This document shows positions 18,980 through 28,589 of a DNA stretch of 38,749 nucleotides, piece after piece. The notes beneath the pieces are model-generated. The model was not told the DNA's origin. It worked only from the letters and a program-made list of their open reading frames with translations, and searched no databases. A program made the position numbers and the translations under genes. Source of the stretch: a virus (Duplodnaviria; Heunggongvirae; Uroviricota; Caudoviricetes); the IMG/VR virus record IMGVR_UViG_2579778884_000012. One strand, written 5' to 3'. Numbering within the stretch: the stretch's first letter is position 1; every line of letters starts with the position of its first letter.

Positions 18980-19163
18980 AGGTAATTTAAAAACGGTTCT
19001 GTGAAAGTGACACGAACCGATCTCCATCGATGTTACTCACCGATCTCCTTCACGGTAATACGCATCAGGTCTATTTATATTCCTGTCATACACAAAATTC
19101 CTTTACGCCAATAAGAAGGTTTTAGAATACAAAGCATCAAATAAAAACCACTCATAAACCTCT

Positions 19164-19198
19164 AAACATTGAGCGACCAGCACGGCCGCTCAATGTTT
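19164..19198 (-). terminator. Terminator-like hairpin downstream of S (end of the O-S late operon)
   Basis: Twelve-bp inverted repeat AAACATTGAGCG-N11-CGCTCAATGTTT, 31 nt after the S stop, followed on the minus strand by a moderately T-rich stretch. Confidence 0.5.
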
Positions 19199-19228
19199 AA
19201 TTGCGCATCAGCCTCTGCCTGGATAAAA

Positions 19229-19681
19229 CTAACGCTCAAGGTGAGCCAGGATAATCTCTTCAATCATCTGCACATCCTCACCGGTAAAGCCGAGCAGAGG
19301 ACGCGCCGGATAATCAGTTTTCTTACCGTCTTTCCGGGTTTCTTCCGACAGACCGAACTGATGCACACTGGCAATTTTCGGCGACTTCCCGCCGTAAAAC
19401 TCCATTGATGCCTGTTCCGGGCTGGCGCGGATATGCAAAAAACGACTGGTGATAAGTTTCGCAAACATTTTTCGCTTAACACGACCGGTCTTTTTTCTGG
19501 CGCTCTGCTGCTGGCGTGGCACGTAGGGTGTGCCGTCCGGGGCTTTCTGTGCCATCACCCGACGCTGCTGACTCTGACGCAGACGTTTCGCCAGTTCGGC
19601 GCTCAGTCGCCGACGCCCTGACGGTGACAGCGATTCAGTCAGTCCGGTCAGCCGGTCTTCAAAACGCTTAAACTCATTCAT
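19229..19681 (-). CDS. S: Tail completion protein gpS, 150 aa
   Basis: 150 aa equals P2 gpS; follows R. Confidence 0.88.
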   Translation of the reverse strand: MNEFKRFEDRLTGLTESLSPSGRRRLSAELAKRLRQSQQRRVMAQKAPDGTPYVPRQQQSARKKTGRVKRKMFAKLITSRFLHIRASPEQASMEFYGGKSPKIASVHQFGLSEETRKDGKKTDYPARPLLGFTGEDVQMIEEIILAHLER

Positions 19682-20141
19682 CCCACTTGCTCACCAGTTC
19701 GCCATTGATATACAGCTCCATCGGGCGGGTAACCGGCTCCGGCGGCGGAGGTTCCGGGATATTCTTCACATGTAGCGCGCCTTCCACCTCACTGACCAGC
19801 GTGCGCTCGGTCAGCATCAGGCTGATGCTGATATCAAAGCTGCTGTCATTGTTGATGTCTGCATAAAACGTGAAGCCCTTTTTCTGGCCTTCGTCGGTGG
19901 TCATGATGTCTGGCTGATTTTCCCGCAGCCACGCCAGCACCGGCACAATGAGCAGGTCAAAATCACCGGTAAAGTCGGTCACAATCACATTGAGCGTGTA
20001 ACGCTTTTCGAATGACATAGACGTCGCCAGTGTGGAGGCAATACTCCCGTTATCCACGAATATCCGCAGCATCTCGGGACTGGTTTTCAGCACCGTGACG
20101 GCGTCAGTCAGCGCCCTGCGCAGGCTGTCGGGTTTGAGCAT
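19674..20141 (-). CDS. R: Tail completion protein gpR, 155 aa
   Basis: 155 aa equals P2 gpR. Confidence 0.88.
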   Translation of the reverse strand: MLKPDSLRRALTDAVTVLKTSPEMLRIFVDNGSIASTLATSMSFEKRYTLNVIVTDFTGDFDLLIVPVLAWLRENQPDIMTTDEGQKKGFTFYADINNDSSFDISISLMLTERTLVSEVEGALHVKNIPEPPPPEPVTRPMELYINGELVSKWDE

Positions 20142-20394
20142 CGTTTTCGTCCTGACAGTGTTTAATCATTTTTACCTGGCTGGCACAGCGTGCCAGCGCG
20201 TTCTCAAGCTGCCGGATATCAGCACTTAAATCGCCGTTCGTCTGCGGGTCACTGCCCGGCATCGGGCAAAGGCTCACTTTCGGGCAGGCGTTGGCGACAA
20301 TCACTGGCGTCGGTGCAGGCCGGACGCTGGTGCAACCGGCGCACAACATCAGGCAGGTCAGCGCCGTACCAGCGGCGAAAATCTTCGTTTTCAT
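20104..20394 (-). CDS. lysC: LysC, outer-membrane spanin lipoprotein (Rz1-like), 96 aa, embedded in lysB in another frame
   Basis: Internal Met gives MKTKIFAAGTALTCLMLCAGC with a lipobox (LCAGC); Pro-rich; nested in the lysB 3' region as in P2. The track ORF 20104..20511 has a 39-codon extension. Confidence 0.75.
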   Translation of the reverse strand: MKTKIFAAGTALTCLMLCAGCTSVRPAPTPVIVANACPKVSLCPMPGSDPQTNGDLSADIRQLENALARCASQVKMIKHCQDENDAQTRQPAQGAD

Positions 20395-20674
20395 TGAGTA
20401 ACCTCGTGATGGTTTTCTCGCGCTGTGCTTCACGCTTCGCGGCGTTCTCCAGTTCCTGACGCAGTACCACCTGCGCCAGCTCGTTTTTGTCTGCTCTGGT
20501 GAGGGCAACATGAAGCTGATTTTTCAGCATGGTGATAGTCGTCTGCTGCCCGCTGGCGACGTTGTTCGCCCTGTCCAGCGAGGCGCGCAGGCTGGCATTT
20601 TTATGTTTCACCAGAAACAGCCCCGCCACCGCCAGCGATAACAACACAACCAGTACAATCATCAGCTTTGACAT
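20249..20674 (-). CDS. lysB: LysB, inner-membrane spanin (Rz-like), 141 aa
   Basis: 141 aa equals P2 LysB; N-terminal transmembrane helix then coiled coil. Confidence 0.85.
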   Translation of the reverse strand: MSKLMIVLVVLLSLAVAGLFLVKHKNASLRASLDRANNVASGQQTTITMLKNQLHVALTRADKNELAQVVLRQELENAAKREAQREKTITRLLNENEDFRRWYGADLPDVVRRLHQRPACTDASDCRQRLPESEPLPDAGQ

Positions 20675-21087
20675 GGTTCCCGCCCCTCAAAACGCTGACG
20701 GCAGGCCGTACGTATCAGCCGGAAGAACACCGACGCCACGAGGTAAATCAGCGCAGTAAAAATCCACCCGGCAGCGACCAGCGAGATAAACGTCGCCACC
20801 ATCACCACCAGAGCCGCCGCCCGTCTGCGCCACGGCACCGGCTGCAAAAACAGCGACGTGACAATCTTCACGGCCAGCGATTCCGGCGGCAGCTCCCGCC
20901 CGTAGCGTTCCAGCACATACTCCGTGGCATACACGCCGACACCACCGGCAACCACACAGATAACCGTCGCCAGAATCGCCCAGGTGGCGACAAAACTGAC
21001 GGCCACGCTCTGCGGGTAAATCAGGGACAGTGCCAGCATCAGCGCCAGCGACACGTTCAGCATCAGTGAAAGGGATAATTTCTTCAT
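20662..21087 (-). CDS. lysA: LysA lysis-timing membrane protein, 141 aa
   Basis: 141 aa equals P2 LysA; multi-pass hydrophobic protein between K and lysB. Confidence 0.85.
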   Translation of the reverse strand: MKKLSLSLMLNVSLALMLALSLIYPQSVAVSFVATWAILATVICVVAGGVGVYATEYVLERYGRELPPESLAVKIVTSLFLQPVPWRRRAAALVVMVATFISLVAAGWIFTALIYLVASVFFRLIRTACRQRFEGREPCQS

Positions 21088-21101
21088 GGTGTTTACTCCG
21101 T

Positions 21102-21599
21102 TTAAGCCGGTACGCCGCCGGCGGTACGCCAGACGGTGACCAGTTTTTCCAGTGAATGCTCACGCTGACCGTAACCGGCACCCGGCAGGGACGCCCAGAT
21201 ATTGCGACAGCGTGAAATGGCGCGCTCAATGCGTCCCGCCCGGATGTCATCCAGTGCACCGCGTTCGCGGATCAACTGAATGGCGAGCCTGTCCTGTGAC
21301 AACGGACTGAAATCCGGCAGGGCAAGCTGTTTGCGGTAGTGCGGCCAGAACAGGTAAAGCTGCTGATAGCGACCGGAGGCCGTGGATTTTTCACCGCGAC
21401 GGTTAAACACCTTCGCCGGTCGGCCATGCGCGAACGGGTGGTCACTGTAGTCGGTGAAAATTTCCGGCTTTCCGTCCAGTCCGGTGACTATCACGTCATA
21501 GCCCCGGTTTTTCGTCAGCGGATGATTCGCCGTCCCTTCGGACACGGCCAGCATGTCGAGAAAGGCGGCGATATTCTGATGCGTGTTAATTACCGGCAT
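21102..21599 (-). CDS. K: Endolysin gpK (lysozyme), 165 aa
   Basis: 165 aa equals P2 gpK; MPVINTHQNIAAFLDMLAVSEGTANHP... lambda R-like lysozyme. Confidence 0.9.
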   Translation of the reverse strand: MPVINTHQNIAAFLDMLAVSEGTANHPLTKNRGYDVIVTGLDGKPEIFTDYSDHPFAHGRPAKVFNRRGEKSTASGRYQQLYLFWPHYRKQLALPDFSPLSQDRLAIQLIRERGALDDIRAGRIERAISRCRNIWASLPGAGYGQREHSLEKLVTVWRTAGGVPA

Positions 21600-21880
21600 T
21601 ACGGTTTCCCCCTGCCCTTAAAGCGGCGCTGAATGGCAATCTCAATCACCTGATAACCGGCGATACCCAGCATGGAACCGATGCCGCACACCGCAGGCAG
21701 TGACAGGTCAGGAAACTGCACCAGAACAACACCGGCAACCATCGAGACAAAACCGCCGAGCAACATGCGCCCGATAAACAGACGCGGGGTGATGGGTTCA
21801 CCACCGGCAAGCACCTTGCCGACAACAATCAGCACCCCAATCATGAAAAGCGACAGGACGCTTTTTTCTTCTGCTGTCAT
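21599..21880 (-). CDS. Y: Holin gpY, 93 aa
   Basis: 93 aa equals P2 gpY; transmembrane helices; directly upstream of K. Confidence 0.88.
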   Translation of the reverse strand: MTAEEKSVLSLFMIGVLIVVGKVLAGGEPITPRLFIGRMLLGGFVSMVAGVVLVQFPDLSLPAVCGIGSMLGIAGYQVIEIAIQRRFKGRGKP

Positions 21881-21883
21881 GCG

Positions 21884-22087
21884 TTACTCCCACAGATTGA
21901 CAGTTTCAGCCACGGGCGCGGTCTGAACGTCGGGCAGTTCGACGGCGGTGCCGTGTGGCAGCACCGCACCCAGTTCAGCCAGTCCCGGATTTGCGGCGAG
22001 CACGGTCTCAACCACGCCCTCAGTGCGCCCGTAATACCGGACACAAATGGCGTCGAGCGTGTCACCCTGTAGCGCAAAGGTCTTCAT
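21884..22087 (-). CDS. X: Tail protein gpX (LysM-like), 67 aa
   Basis: Internal Met gives MKTFALQGDTLDAICVRYYGRTEGVVETVLAANPGLAELGAVLPHGTAVELPDVQTAPVAETVNLWE, 67 aa as in P2 gpX. Track ORF extended by 23 codons. Confidence 0.88.
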   Translation of the reverse strand: MKTFALQGDTLDAICVRYYGRTEGVVETVLAANPGLAELGAVLPHGTAVELPDVQTAPVAETVNLWE

Positions 22088-22596
22088 CAGATTTGACTCA
22101 CGATGCAGCGCGGCTTGTCCTGGATACGCGCCACCGCCCAGCGCATATCCCGCCACAGTTCATCAATGGTGCTGTCAATGCTGTCGGCCTTCTTGTCGCC
22201 TTTCGCACTGGCATCCACGCCGCGATAACGCTCATAAAGCGACGCGGTCGCCATCGCACACACGGCGCGCTCGTAGTAAAAAACTTTGATGCTTTCACCG
22301 TCGATGTCGTCCGCCGGAACGTCCGCCAGACGCGTAAAACCGGCGGCAATTTTCTGTTCGCGGTACTCGTACAGCTCCGCATTCGTCTCCGCCATGCCTG
22401 ACTTGATGGCCTCACGCAGACGGGCGGGGGCGACGGTCTGCTCAAGGCGCATACGTTCCCGGACGCGCTTCGGGTCGATATCGGGAAAAAAGAACGTGTT
22501 TTTAATCACCGGCTCGTCGCCTGCCGGTTGCGGGATGACCACCGTACCCTCACCGGACACGGGAGCCTCCTTTCGCGGAATAATCAGCGTCATCAT
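22087..22596 (-). CDS. L: Head completion protein gpL, 169 aa
   Basis: Internal Met gives MMTLIIPRKEAPVSGEGTVVIPQPAGDEPVIKNTFFFPDID..., 169 aa as in P2 gpL. Confidence 0.88.
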   Translation of the reverse strand: MMTLIIPRKEAPVSGEGTVVIPQPAGDEPVIKNTFFFPDIDPKRVRERMRLEQTVAPARLREAIKSGMAETNAELYEYREQKIAAGFTRLADVPADDIDGESIKVFYYERAVCAMATASLYERYRGVDASAKGDKKADSIDSTIDELWRDMRWAVARIQDKPRCIVSQI

Positions 22597-22695
22597 GACT
22601 ACCTCTGAAAAGTCGGGCGGTGGACGCCGGTGCAGTGTCAGGTGATTCACCCTCACTGACCGGCGTGCCGCCCTGGCGCGGGGCGCATTCGGTTG

Positions 22696-23439
22696 TTAAC
22701 TGGCTTTCTTTTTCGGGCGTCCACGTTTTGCCGGTGTCACGCTCCGGGTCTTACGCGGGGCGCGGGTGACCGCTTTGGGCTGCGGCTCCGGCTTCGGTTT
22801 CAGCTCCCGCTCCAGTCGTTCAATCTCTTTTTTGACGCCTGCCTGACAGTCGAGCTGTGTCGCACGTTGCAGGTGAGCCAGCGCACCGGCGGCATCACCA
22901 GCGTCACGCAGAAACAGACCGGTGATTTTGTGCAGCTTTGCGCGCACTTCATCAGGCATGTCAGCCGTGGCGGTCAGTTCAAGGGTCTCCGTCAGCAGGC
23001 GGATATCCACAGATTCACCGGCAGCGTGGGCACGCATGGCCGCGAGTGCGACCTCCTCGGTGAACATGTACGGCGGGGTGCGGCGGTGTTTACCCGGCAT
23101 GGTCAGACCGTACTTCAGGGCATAACGGGCAATCTCCAGCGCACCGGCAATATCGCCGGTATCCAGACGCCACAGCATGACCGTCATCAGAATGTCATCC
23201 TGTGCACCTTTGCCCTGCTCCAGCACACCGTTCACCCACGGCAACCAGAACGGCAGCAGTTCGCGCTTTTTCGCGGCCTTAAGCTCTTTTGAATAAATCG
23301 CTTTCAGTGTGCGCTGGTCTGCGGCCAGCTTGACCAGCATCTGCTCATAGACAGTTGCATGTCGCAGCGGGGCGGCTTCCCGCTGCGCGGTCATCGCTGC
23401 CGAGACCCGCATCATGTGGCGCTGTGCGGGACTCGTCAT
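22696..23439 (-). CDS. M: Terminase small (endonuclease) subunit gpM, 247 aa
   Basis: 247 aa equals P2 gpM; basic C-terminal tail. Confidence 0.88.
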   Translation of the reverse strand: MTSPAQRHMMRVSAAMTAQREAAPLRHATVYEQMLVKLAADQRTLKAIYSKELKAAKKRELLPFWLPWVNGVLEQGKGAQDDILMTVMLWRLDTGDIAGALEIARYALKYGLTMPGKHRRTPPYMFTEEVALAAMRAHAAGESVDIRLLTETLELTATADMPDEVRAKLHKITGLFLRDAGDAAGALAHLQRATQLDCQAGVKKEIERLERELKPKPEPQPKAVTRAPRKTRSVTPAKRGRPKKKAS

Positions 23440-23442
23440 CGG

Positions 23443-24516
23443 TTACGCTCCCGGCTCTGCGGTCGCCTTAGCCGGTGTGGAGAAATCACCGACCTTGATT
23501 TTTTCCACCAGACAACCGGCGGCGTAGTCTTCCACCACGTAATCAATGTTCATTGACTCGTAGTTCTCCACGCGGTCGAGTTTCGGGTTTTCCACAATCA
23601 CGCGGCGATGGCTGTCATCCATGTAGTAGATAGACAGGTTTTCCAGCTTCGTGATGAGCATCGCATCCGCCGGGAAGTACGGGACGCGTACCGCTGGCAG
23701 GTTACCGATGCGTTTCTGGCTGATGATGACGTCAGCAGCCAGCATTTCGCTGTTATCCTGCTCCCTGTTGACGATGGGGAAATACTTGTCCGCCAGTAGC
23801 TGACGCCCCACAATCACCACAAGGTCAGGGTCTTCCTGATACCACGGCTCAATCAGGTTGTTGGTCGCATCCATCACCAGTGCATCGAGGCTGGCATAAT
23901 CACCGCCCTTACCCACGCGGATGACCTCAGAGGTGGTGCTGCCTTCCTCGTCAGTGACCTTGCTCATCACGCGAGCCGGGGCTTCATTGCGGTATTTCTG
24001 CAGCCAGCCGACCGCCACATCCTGCAGCATCGGATTGCTGCTGCGGTCAGAGGTTTCGGCACGCTTCACGCCGTTAAAACCGGCCATGATGAAATCAAGG
24101 GACTGGCGTTTGATAATGGCGTTACGGATACGGAGCTGGAAATCCTGATAACGCGCCCACAGGTCCAGCGTTTTGTAGCGGATATAAAAATCGAAGTTAA
24201 TCTGGTCGCATTCGTACTTGTTTGACGCCAGCTTCGAGAAGTCCTTCGGCTGACGCTCGGTGCCACCGGCGGTGTCGGTGGTGCTGGCGATGGAGCCGGT
24301 GACACCAATACCAATTTTTTCCCCTTTCATTTCGCTGACCGGCACAATGTTGATGCGGGTCAGAAAGTCAGAGGACTCCTGCATGGTGTTCATCAGGGTC
24401 TGGGTGACCGACGGTTCAACAGTGAATTTTTTCGACACATCACCGGCATCAATGCCGTTCAGTTCGGCAACACGGGACAGGTAAGCATTAAATTTAAAGC
24501 GGGTTTCCTGGCGCAT
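23443..24516 (-). CDS. N: Major capsid protein gpN, 357 aa
   Basis: 357 aa equals P2 gpN. Confidence 0.9.
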   Translation of the reverse strand: MRQETRFKFNAYLSRVAELNGIDAGDVSKKFTVEPSVTQTLMNTMQESSDFLTRINIVPVSEMKGEKIGIGVTGSIASTTDTAGGTERQPKDFSKLASNKYECDQINFDFYIRYKTLDLWARYQDFQLRIRNAIIKRQSLDFIMAGFNGVKRAETSDRSSNPMLQDVAVGWLQKYRNEAPARVMSKVTDEEGSTTSEVIRVGKGGDYASLDALVMDATNNLIEPWYQEDPDLVVIVGRQLLADKYFPIVNREQDNSEMLAADVIISQKRIGNLPAVRVPYFPADAMLITKLENLSIYYMDDSHRRVIVENPKLDRVENYESMNIDYVVEDYAAGCLVEKIKVGDFSTPAKATAEPGA

Positions 24517-24574
24517 AGTTTTTCCTGAAATTAAGGGTTAATCGTGAAGGTTTTCCCGGACTGACTGACGCCGG

Positions 24575-25429
24575 TCAGCAGTTCGTCATCAGGCCGTCAC
24601 CGCCACCACCGGTGGCCTTGCTGCGGCGCTGCTGGGTCAGACTTTCGGTGTGGTCGAGACTGTTTTTCAGGCGGGTGAATGCCTGGCTGGTTTCATCCGC
24701 CCTGTCAGTCACCGCCTGCTTAAGTGCGGAAAAGGCGGTTTCCATCTCAGCGAGGCGCTGCTCAGTGGCGCTCAGTTTTTCCTGCACATGTTCAGCAACA
24801 GCGGTCACCGCTTCATGCACGTCATTCAGACGGGCGTCATCGCTGGCCTGTTTGCGGCCAAAAATGGATTTCACCTTTTCGGTCAGGGCGGTGAACACGG
24901 TTTCAGGCAGGTCTTCAAATTCCAGCTCAACGGGCGTTGCCACTGAAATCAGGTTTTCAGGGCTTAATTTGAAGCGGTTCAGAGGGTTGTGTTTTGCCGT
25001 GCGGCAGAATTCCAGGTATTCCGTGCCGAGGCTTGCCGGGTCATCGGTGACGGCCAGCCCCACCAGATAACATTTGCCGGTGTTGGCAAAGTTCGGCTGA
25101 ATTTCCATTGAGGTGTAGACCTTCTGCGCGGCCTTGTTCATCGCGATAAGGTCATCGGTCGGGGTGATTTTCGCAAACAGCGCCCATTTGCCTTTCAGCG
25201 CCGAATCATCGTCAATCTTTTCGGCCTTCAGTTCGACCACATCGCCATAACGCTTAAAAATACCGTCAGGCAGGATGCCGCGCAGATGTTCCAGGTTAAT
25301 GCGGCAACCATAGACTCGCGGGTCAAAGGTTTCGGCCATTTCCTGAATATCCTGCGCACTGATGACACGCCCGTCACAGGTGTCACCCTCAACGCCGATA
25401 CGAAAGAATTTTGAGACTTTTTTTGCCAT
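24575..25429 (-). CDS. O: Capsid scaffolding protein gpO, 284 aa
   Basis: Internal Met gives MAKKVSKFFRIGVEGDTCDGRVISAQDIQEMAETFDPRVYG..., 284 aa as in P2 gpO. Track ORF extended by 22 codons. Confidence 0.9.
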   Translation of the reverse strand: MAKKVSKFFRIGVEGDTCDGRVISAQDIQEMAETFDPRVYGCRINLEHLRGILPDGIFKRYGDVVELKAEKIDDDSALKGKWALFAKITPTDDLIAMNKAAQKVYTSMEIQPNFANTGKCYLVGLAVTDDPASLGTEYLEFCRTAKHNPLNRFKLSPENLISVATPVELEFEDLPETVFTALTEKVKSIFGRKQASDDARLNDVHEAVTAVAEHVQEKLSATEQRLAEMETAFSALKQAVTDRADETSQAFTRLKNSLDHTESLTQQRRSKATGGGGDGLMTNC

Positions 25430-25602
25430 TGTCAGGAGTCCTGAATAGTGATTAGAGGAGTCACATGTCGGCATCAGTTTCCCGACGATGCGCATCCTCC
25501 GCCATCAGTCCCGGATGGCTTATCACTGACACAACAGCACCTTAGCGAATCGCGGGGCGCGACTCAGTAGCCTTGCCGTGTATTCATCACGGCGAGGTAT
25601 TC

Positions 25603-27375
25603 ATGACCATCACCACAGACACCACTCTTTTACACGACCCGCGTCGTCAGGCGGCGCTGCTGTACTGGCAGGGGTTTTCCGTGCCGCAGATTGCCGCCAT
25701 GTTGCAGATGAAACGCCCGACGGTGCAGAGCTGGAAACAGCGCGACGGCTGGGACAGCGTTGCCCCCATCAGCCGTGTCGAAATGAGTCTGGAAGCGCGG
25801 CTGACCCAGCTCATTATCAAACCGCAGAAAACCGGCGGTGACTTCAAGGAAATTGACCTGCTCGGACGCCAGATTGAACGACTGGCACGGGTAAACCGCT
25901 ACAGCCAGACCGGCAACGAGGCAGACCTTAATCCGAACGTCGCTAACCGCAACAAAGGCGGGCGGCGCAAACCGAAAAAGAATTTTTTCAGTGACGAGGC
26001 TATCGAAAAGCTGGAGCAGATTTTCTTTGAGCAGTCTTTCGACTATCAGTTGCACTGGTATCGCGCCGGGCTTGAGCACCGCATCCGCGATATCCTGAAA
26101 TCCCGCCAGATTGGCGCGACATTTTATTTTTCCCGCGAGGCGCTGCTGCGCGCCCTGAAAACCGGTCATAACCAGATTTTTCTGTCGGCCAGTAAAACGC
26201 AGGCGTATGTGTTCCGTGAATACATCATCGCCTTTGCCCGTCTGGTTGACGTTGACCTGACCGGTGACCCGATTGTCCTGGGCAATAACGGCGCAAAACT
26301 GATTTTTCTCGGCACCAACTCCAACACCGCACAGAGCCATAACGGTGACCTGTACGTCGACGAGATTTTCTGGATCCCAAATTTTCAGGTTCTGCGTAAG
26401 GTGGCATCAGGTATGGCCTCACAGAGTCACCTGCGCTCGACCTATTTCTCCACCCCGTCCACACTGGCGCACGACGCCTACCCGTTCTGGTCGGGTGAAC
26501 TGTTCAACCGGGGACGCGCCAGCGCCGCCGAACGTGTGGAAATCGACGTCAGTCATAACGCCCTTGCCGGTGGGCTTCTCTGTGCGGACGGCCAGTGGCG
26601 GCAGATTGTCACCATTGAGGACGCCCTGAAAGGTGGCTGCACACTGTTCGACATTGAGCAGCTCAAACGCGAAAACAGCGCCGACGATTTTAAAAACCTG
26701 TTCATGTGTGAATTTGTTGACGACAAGGCATCGGTGTTCCCGTTCGAGGAGCTGCAACGCTGCATGGTCGACACGCTGGAAGAATGGGAAGACTATGCAC
26801 CGTTTGCCGCCAATCCGTTCGGCTCCCGCCCGGTATGGATTGGTTACGACCCGTCACACCGTGGCGACAGCGCCGGATGCGTGGTGCTGGCACCGCCGGT
26901 GGTGGCCGGTGGCAAATTCAGGATACTTGAGCGTCACCAGTGGAAAGGCATGGACTTTGCCACCCAGGCTGAATCCATCCGCAAACTCACCGAAAAATAT
27001 AACGTCGAATACATCGGTATTGATGCCACCGGCCTCGGTGTCGGCGTGTTCCAGCTCGTGCGCTCGTTCTATCCCGCCGCGCGCGATATCCGCTACACAC
27101 CGGAAATGAAAACCGCAATGGTGCTCAAGGCAAAAGACGTTATCCGCCGTGGCTGTCTGGAATATGACGTCAGCGCCACCGACATCACCAGCTCGTTTAT
27201 GGCTATCCGCAAGACCATGACCAGCAGCGGACGCAGCGCCACCTATGAGGCCAGTCGCAGCGAGGAAGCCAGCCACGCCGACCTCGCCTGGGCGACCATG
27301 CACGCCCTGTTAAATGAGCCACTCACCGCCGGTATCAGCACCCCGCTGACATCCACCATTCTGGAGTTTTACTGA
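25603..27375 (+). CDS. P: Terminase large (ATPase) subunit gpP, 590 aa
   Basis: Internal Met gives MTITTDTTLLHDPRRQAALLYWQGFSVPQIAAM..., 590 aa as in P2 gpP; divergent from O. Confidence 0.9.
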   Translation: MTITTDTTLLHDPRRQAALLYWQGFSVPQIAAMLQMKRPTVQSWKQRDGWDSVAPISRVEMSLEARLTQLIIKPQKTGGDFKEIDLLGRQIERLARVNRYSQTGNEADLNPNVANRNKGGRRKPKKNFFSDEAIEKLEQIFFEQSFDYQLHWYRAGLEHRIRDILKSRQIGATFYFSREALLRALKTGHNQIFLSASKTQAYVFREYIIAFARLVDVDLTGDPIVLGNNGAKLIFLGTNSNTAQSHNGDLYVDEIFWIPNFQVLRKVASGMASQSHLRSTYFSTPSTLAHDAYPFWSGELFNRGRASAAERVEIDVSHNALAGGLLCADGQWRQIVTIEDALKGGCTLFDIEQLKRENSADDFKNLFMCEFVDDKASVFPFEELQRCMVDTLEEWEDYAPFAANPFGSRPVWIGYDPSHRGDSAGCVVLAPPVVAGGKFRILERHQWKGMDFATQAESIRKLTEKYNVEYIGIDATGLGVGVFQLVRSFYPAARDIRYTPEMKTAMVLKAKDVIRRGCLEYDVSATDITSSFMAIRKTMTSSGRSATYEASRSEEASHADLAWATMHALLNEPLTAGISTPLTSTILEFY

Positions 27376-28409
27376 TGAGCAAGAAAAAAGGGAAAACACC
27401 GCAACCTGCGGTGAAAACAATGACCGCCAGCGCCCCGAAAATGGAGGCATTCACCTTTGGTGAGCCGGTGCCGGTACTCGACCGCCGTGACATTCTGGAT
27501 TACGTCGAGTGCATCAGTAACGGCAGATGGTATGAGCCACCGGTCAGCTTTACCGGTCTGGCAAAAAGCCTGCGTGCTGCCGTACATCACAGCTCACCGA
27601 TTTACGTCAAACGTAATATTCTGGCTTCAACGTTTATTCCGCACCCGTGGCTTTCCCAGCAGGATTTCAGCCGCTTTGTGCTGGATTTTCTGGTGTTCGG
27701 TAATGCGTTTCTGGAAAAGCGTTACAGCACCACCGGTAAGGTTATCAGGCTGGAAACCTCACCGGCAAAATATACCCGCCGTGGCGTGGAGGAGGATGTT
27801 TACTGGTGGGTGCCGTCCTTCAACGAGCCGACAGCCTTCGCGTCCGGCTCCGTGTTTCACCTGCTGGAGCCGGATATTAATCAGGAGCTGTACGGCCTGC
27901 CGGAATATCTCAGCGCCCTTAACTCTGCCTGGCTGAATGAGTCGGCCACGCTGTTCCGCCGCAAGTATTACGAAAATGGCGCACATGCTGGATACATCAT
28001 GTACGTCACCGATGCCGTGCAGGATCGCAACGATATCGAAATGCTTCGCGAAAACATGGTGAAGTCGAAAGGCCGCAATAACTTTAAAAATCTGTTTCTC
28101 TATGCCCCACAGGGGAAAGCCGACGGCATTAAAATTATCCCCCTCAGTGAAGTGGCGACGAAGGACGATTTTTTTAATATCAAAAAAGCCAGCGCCGCTG
28201 ACCTGCTGGACGCGCACCGCATCCCCTTTCAGTTGATGGGTGGCAAGCCGGAGAACGTCGGGTCGCTGGGTGATATTGAGAAAGTGGCAAAGGTCTTTGT
28301 CCGCAATGAGCTTATCCCGTTACAGGACAGGATCCGCGAGATAAACGACTGGCTCGGTCAGGAGGTCATCCGCTTTAAAAACTACTCACTTGACACTGAC
28401 AACGGCTGA
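27375..28409 (+). CDS. Q: Portal protein gpQ, 344 aa
   Basis: 344 aa equals P2 gpQ; start overlaps the P stop (ATGA). Confidence 0.9.
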   Translation: MSKKKGKTPQPAVKTMTASAPKMEAFTFGEPVPVLDRRDILDYVECISNGRWYEPPVSFTGLAKSLRAAVHHSSPIYVKRNILASTFIPHPWLSQQDFSRFVLDFLVFGNAFLEKRYSTTGKVIRLETSPAKYTRRGVEEDVYWWVPSFNEPTAFASGSVFHLLEPDINQELYGLPEYLSALNSAWLNESATLFRRKYYENGAHAGYIMYVTDAVQDRNDIEMLRENMVKSKGRNNFKNLFLYAPQGKADGIKIIPLSEVATKDDFFNIKKASAADLLDAHRIPFQLMGGKPENVGSLGDIEKVAKVFVRNELIPLQDRIREINDWLGQEVIRFKNYSLDTDNG

Positions 28410-28570
28410 ACATCGCCGCCTGCGGGCGGCTTTTTTACATCCCGTCATCACGCCCTCACCACCGCACAAAACACCCCGCAGACACACCAACGCCCCAGCA
28501 GGCCGACTAAATGCCATCACGACGCGCTGAGACGCTGAAAAAATAAAATCAGCACCACCGCCAGCGCGCA

Positions 28571-28589
28571 GTGCTTTCCCCGCCTCGCC
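28571..28589. other. cos cohesive-end site (19 nt)
   Basis: GTGCTTTCCCCGCCTCGCC is the reverse complement of the P2 cohesive end as I recall it (GGCGAGGCGGGGAAAGCAC), about 160 bp after Q as expected. Confidence 0.75.

Larger units (their letters stand above)
16544..19052 (+). mobile_element. IS21-family insertion sequence (istA-istB), about 2.5 kb; ends approximate within 5-10 bp
   Basis: Imperfect terminal inverted repeats of about 34 bp: left TGAACAGATCGCTGAATAACATCGATGGAGATC; right (reverse complement) TGAAGGAGATCGGTGAGTAACATCGATGGAGATC. The repeat unit recurs internally (16601..16616, 19021..19034). Two-gene istA/istB layout. A 7-8 bp flank match (GGGTAATA 16531..16538 vs CGGTAATA 19053..19060) may be the target duplication. 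Confidence 0.8.

Noticed and set aside
15786-19052. Possibility that the 258-aa membrane gene is a passenger gene of the IS21 element
   Set aside because: The IS inverted repeat begins only at about 16544, downstream of nearly the whole gene, and the gene is AT-rich unlike the IS; it is better explained as a neighbouring phage cargo gene clipped by the insertion.
19169-27590. Alternate-frame ORFs across the S to Q region (for example 20668..21069 +, 20687..21259 -, 21955..22401 +, 22693..23292 +, 25630..26340 -, 26633..27109 +, 27759..28217 -)
   Set aside because: All overlap late genes assigned by P2 length and sequence; none has a convincing start context or recognisable domain.
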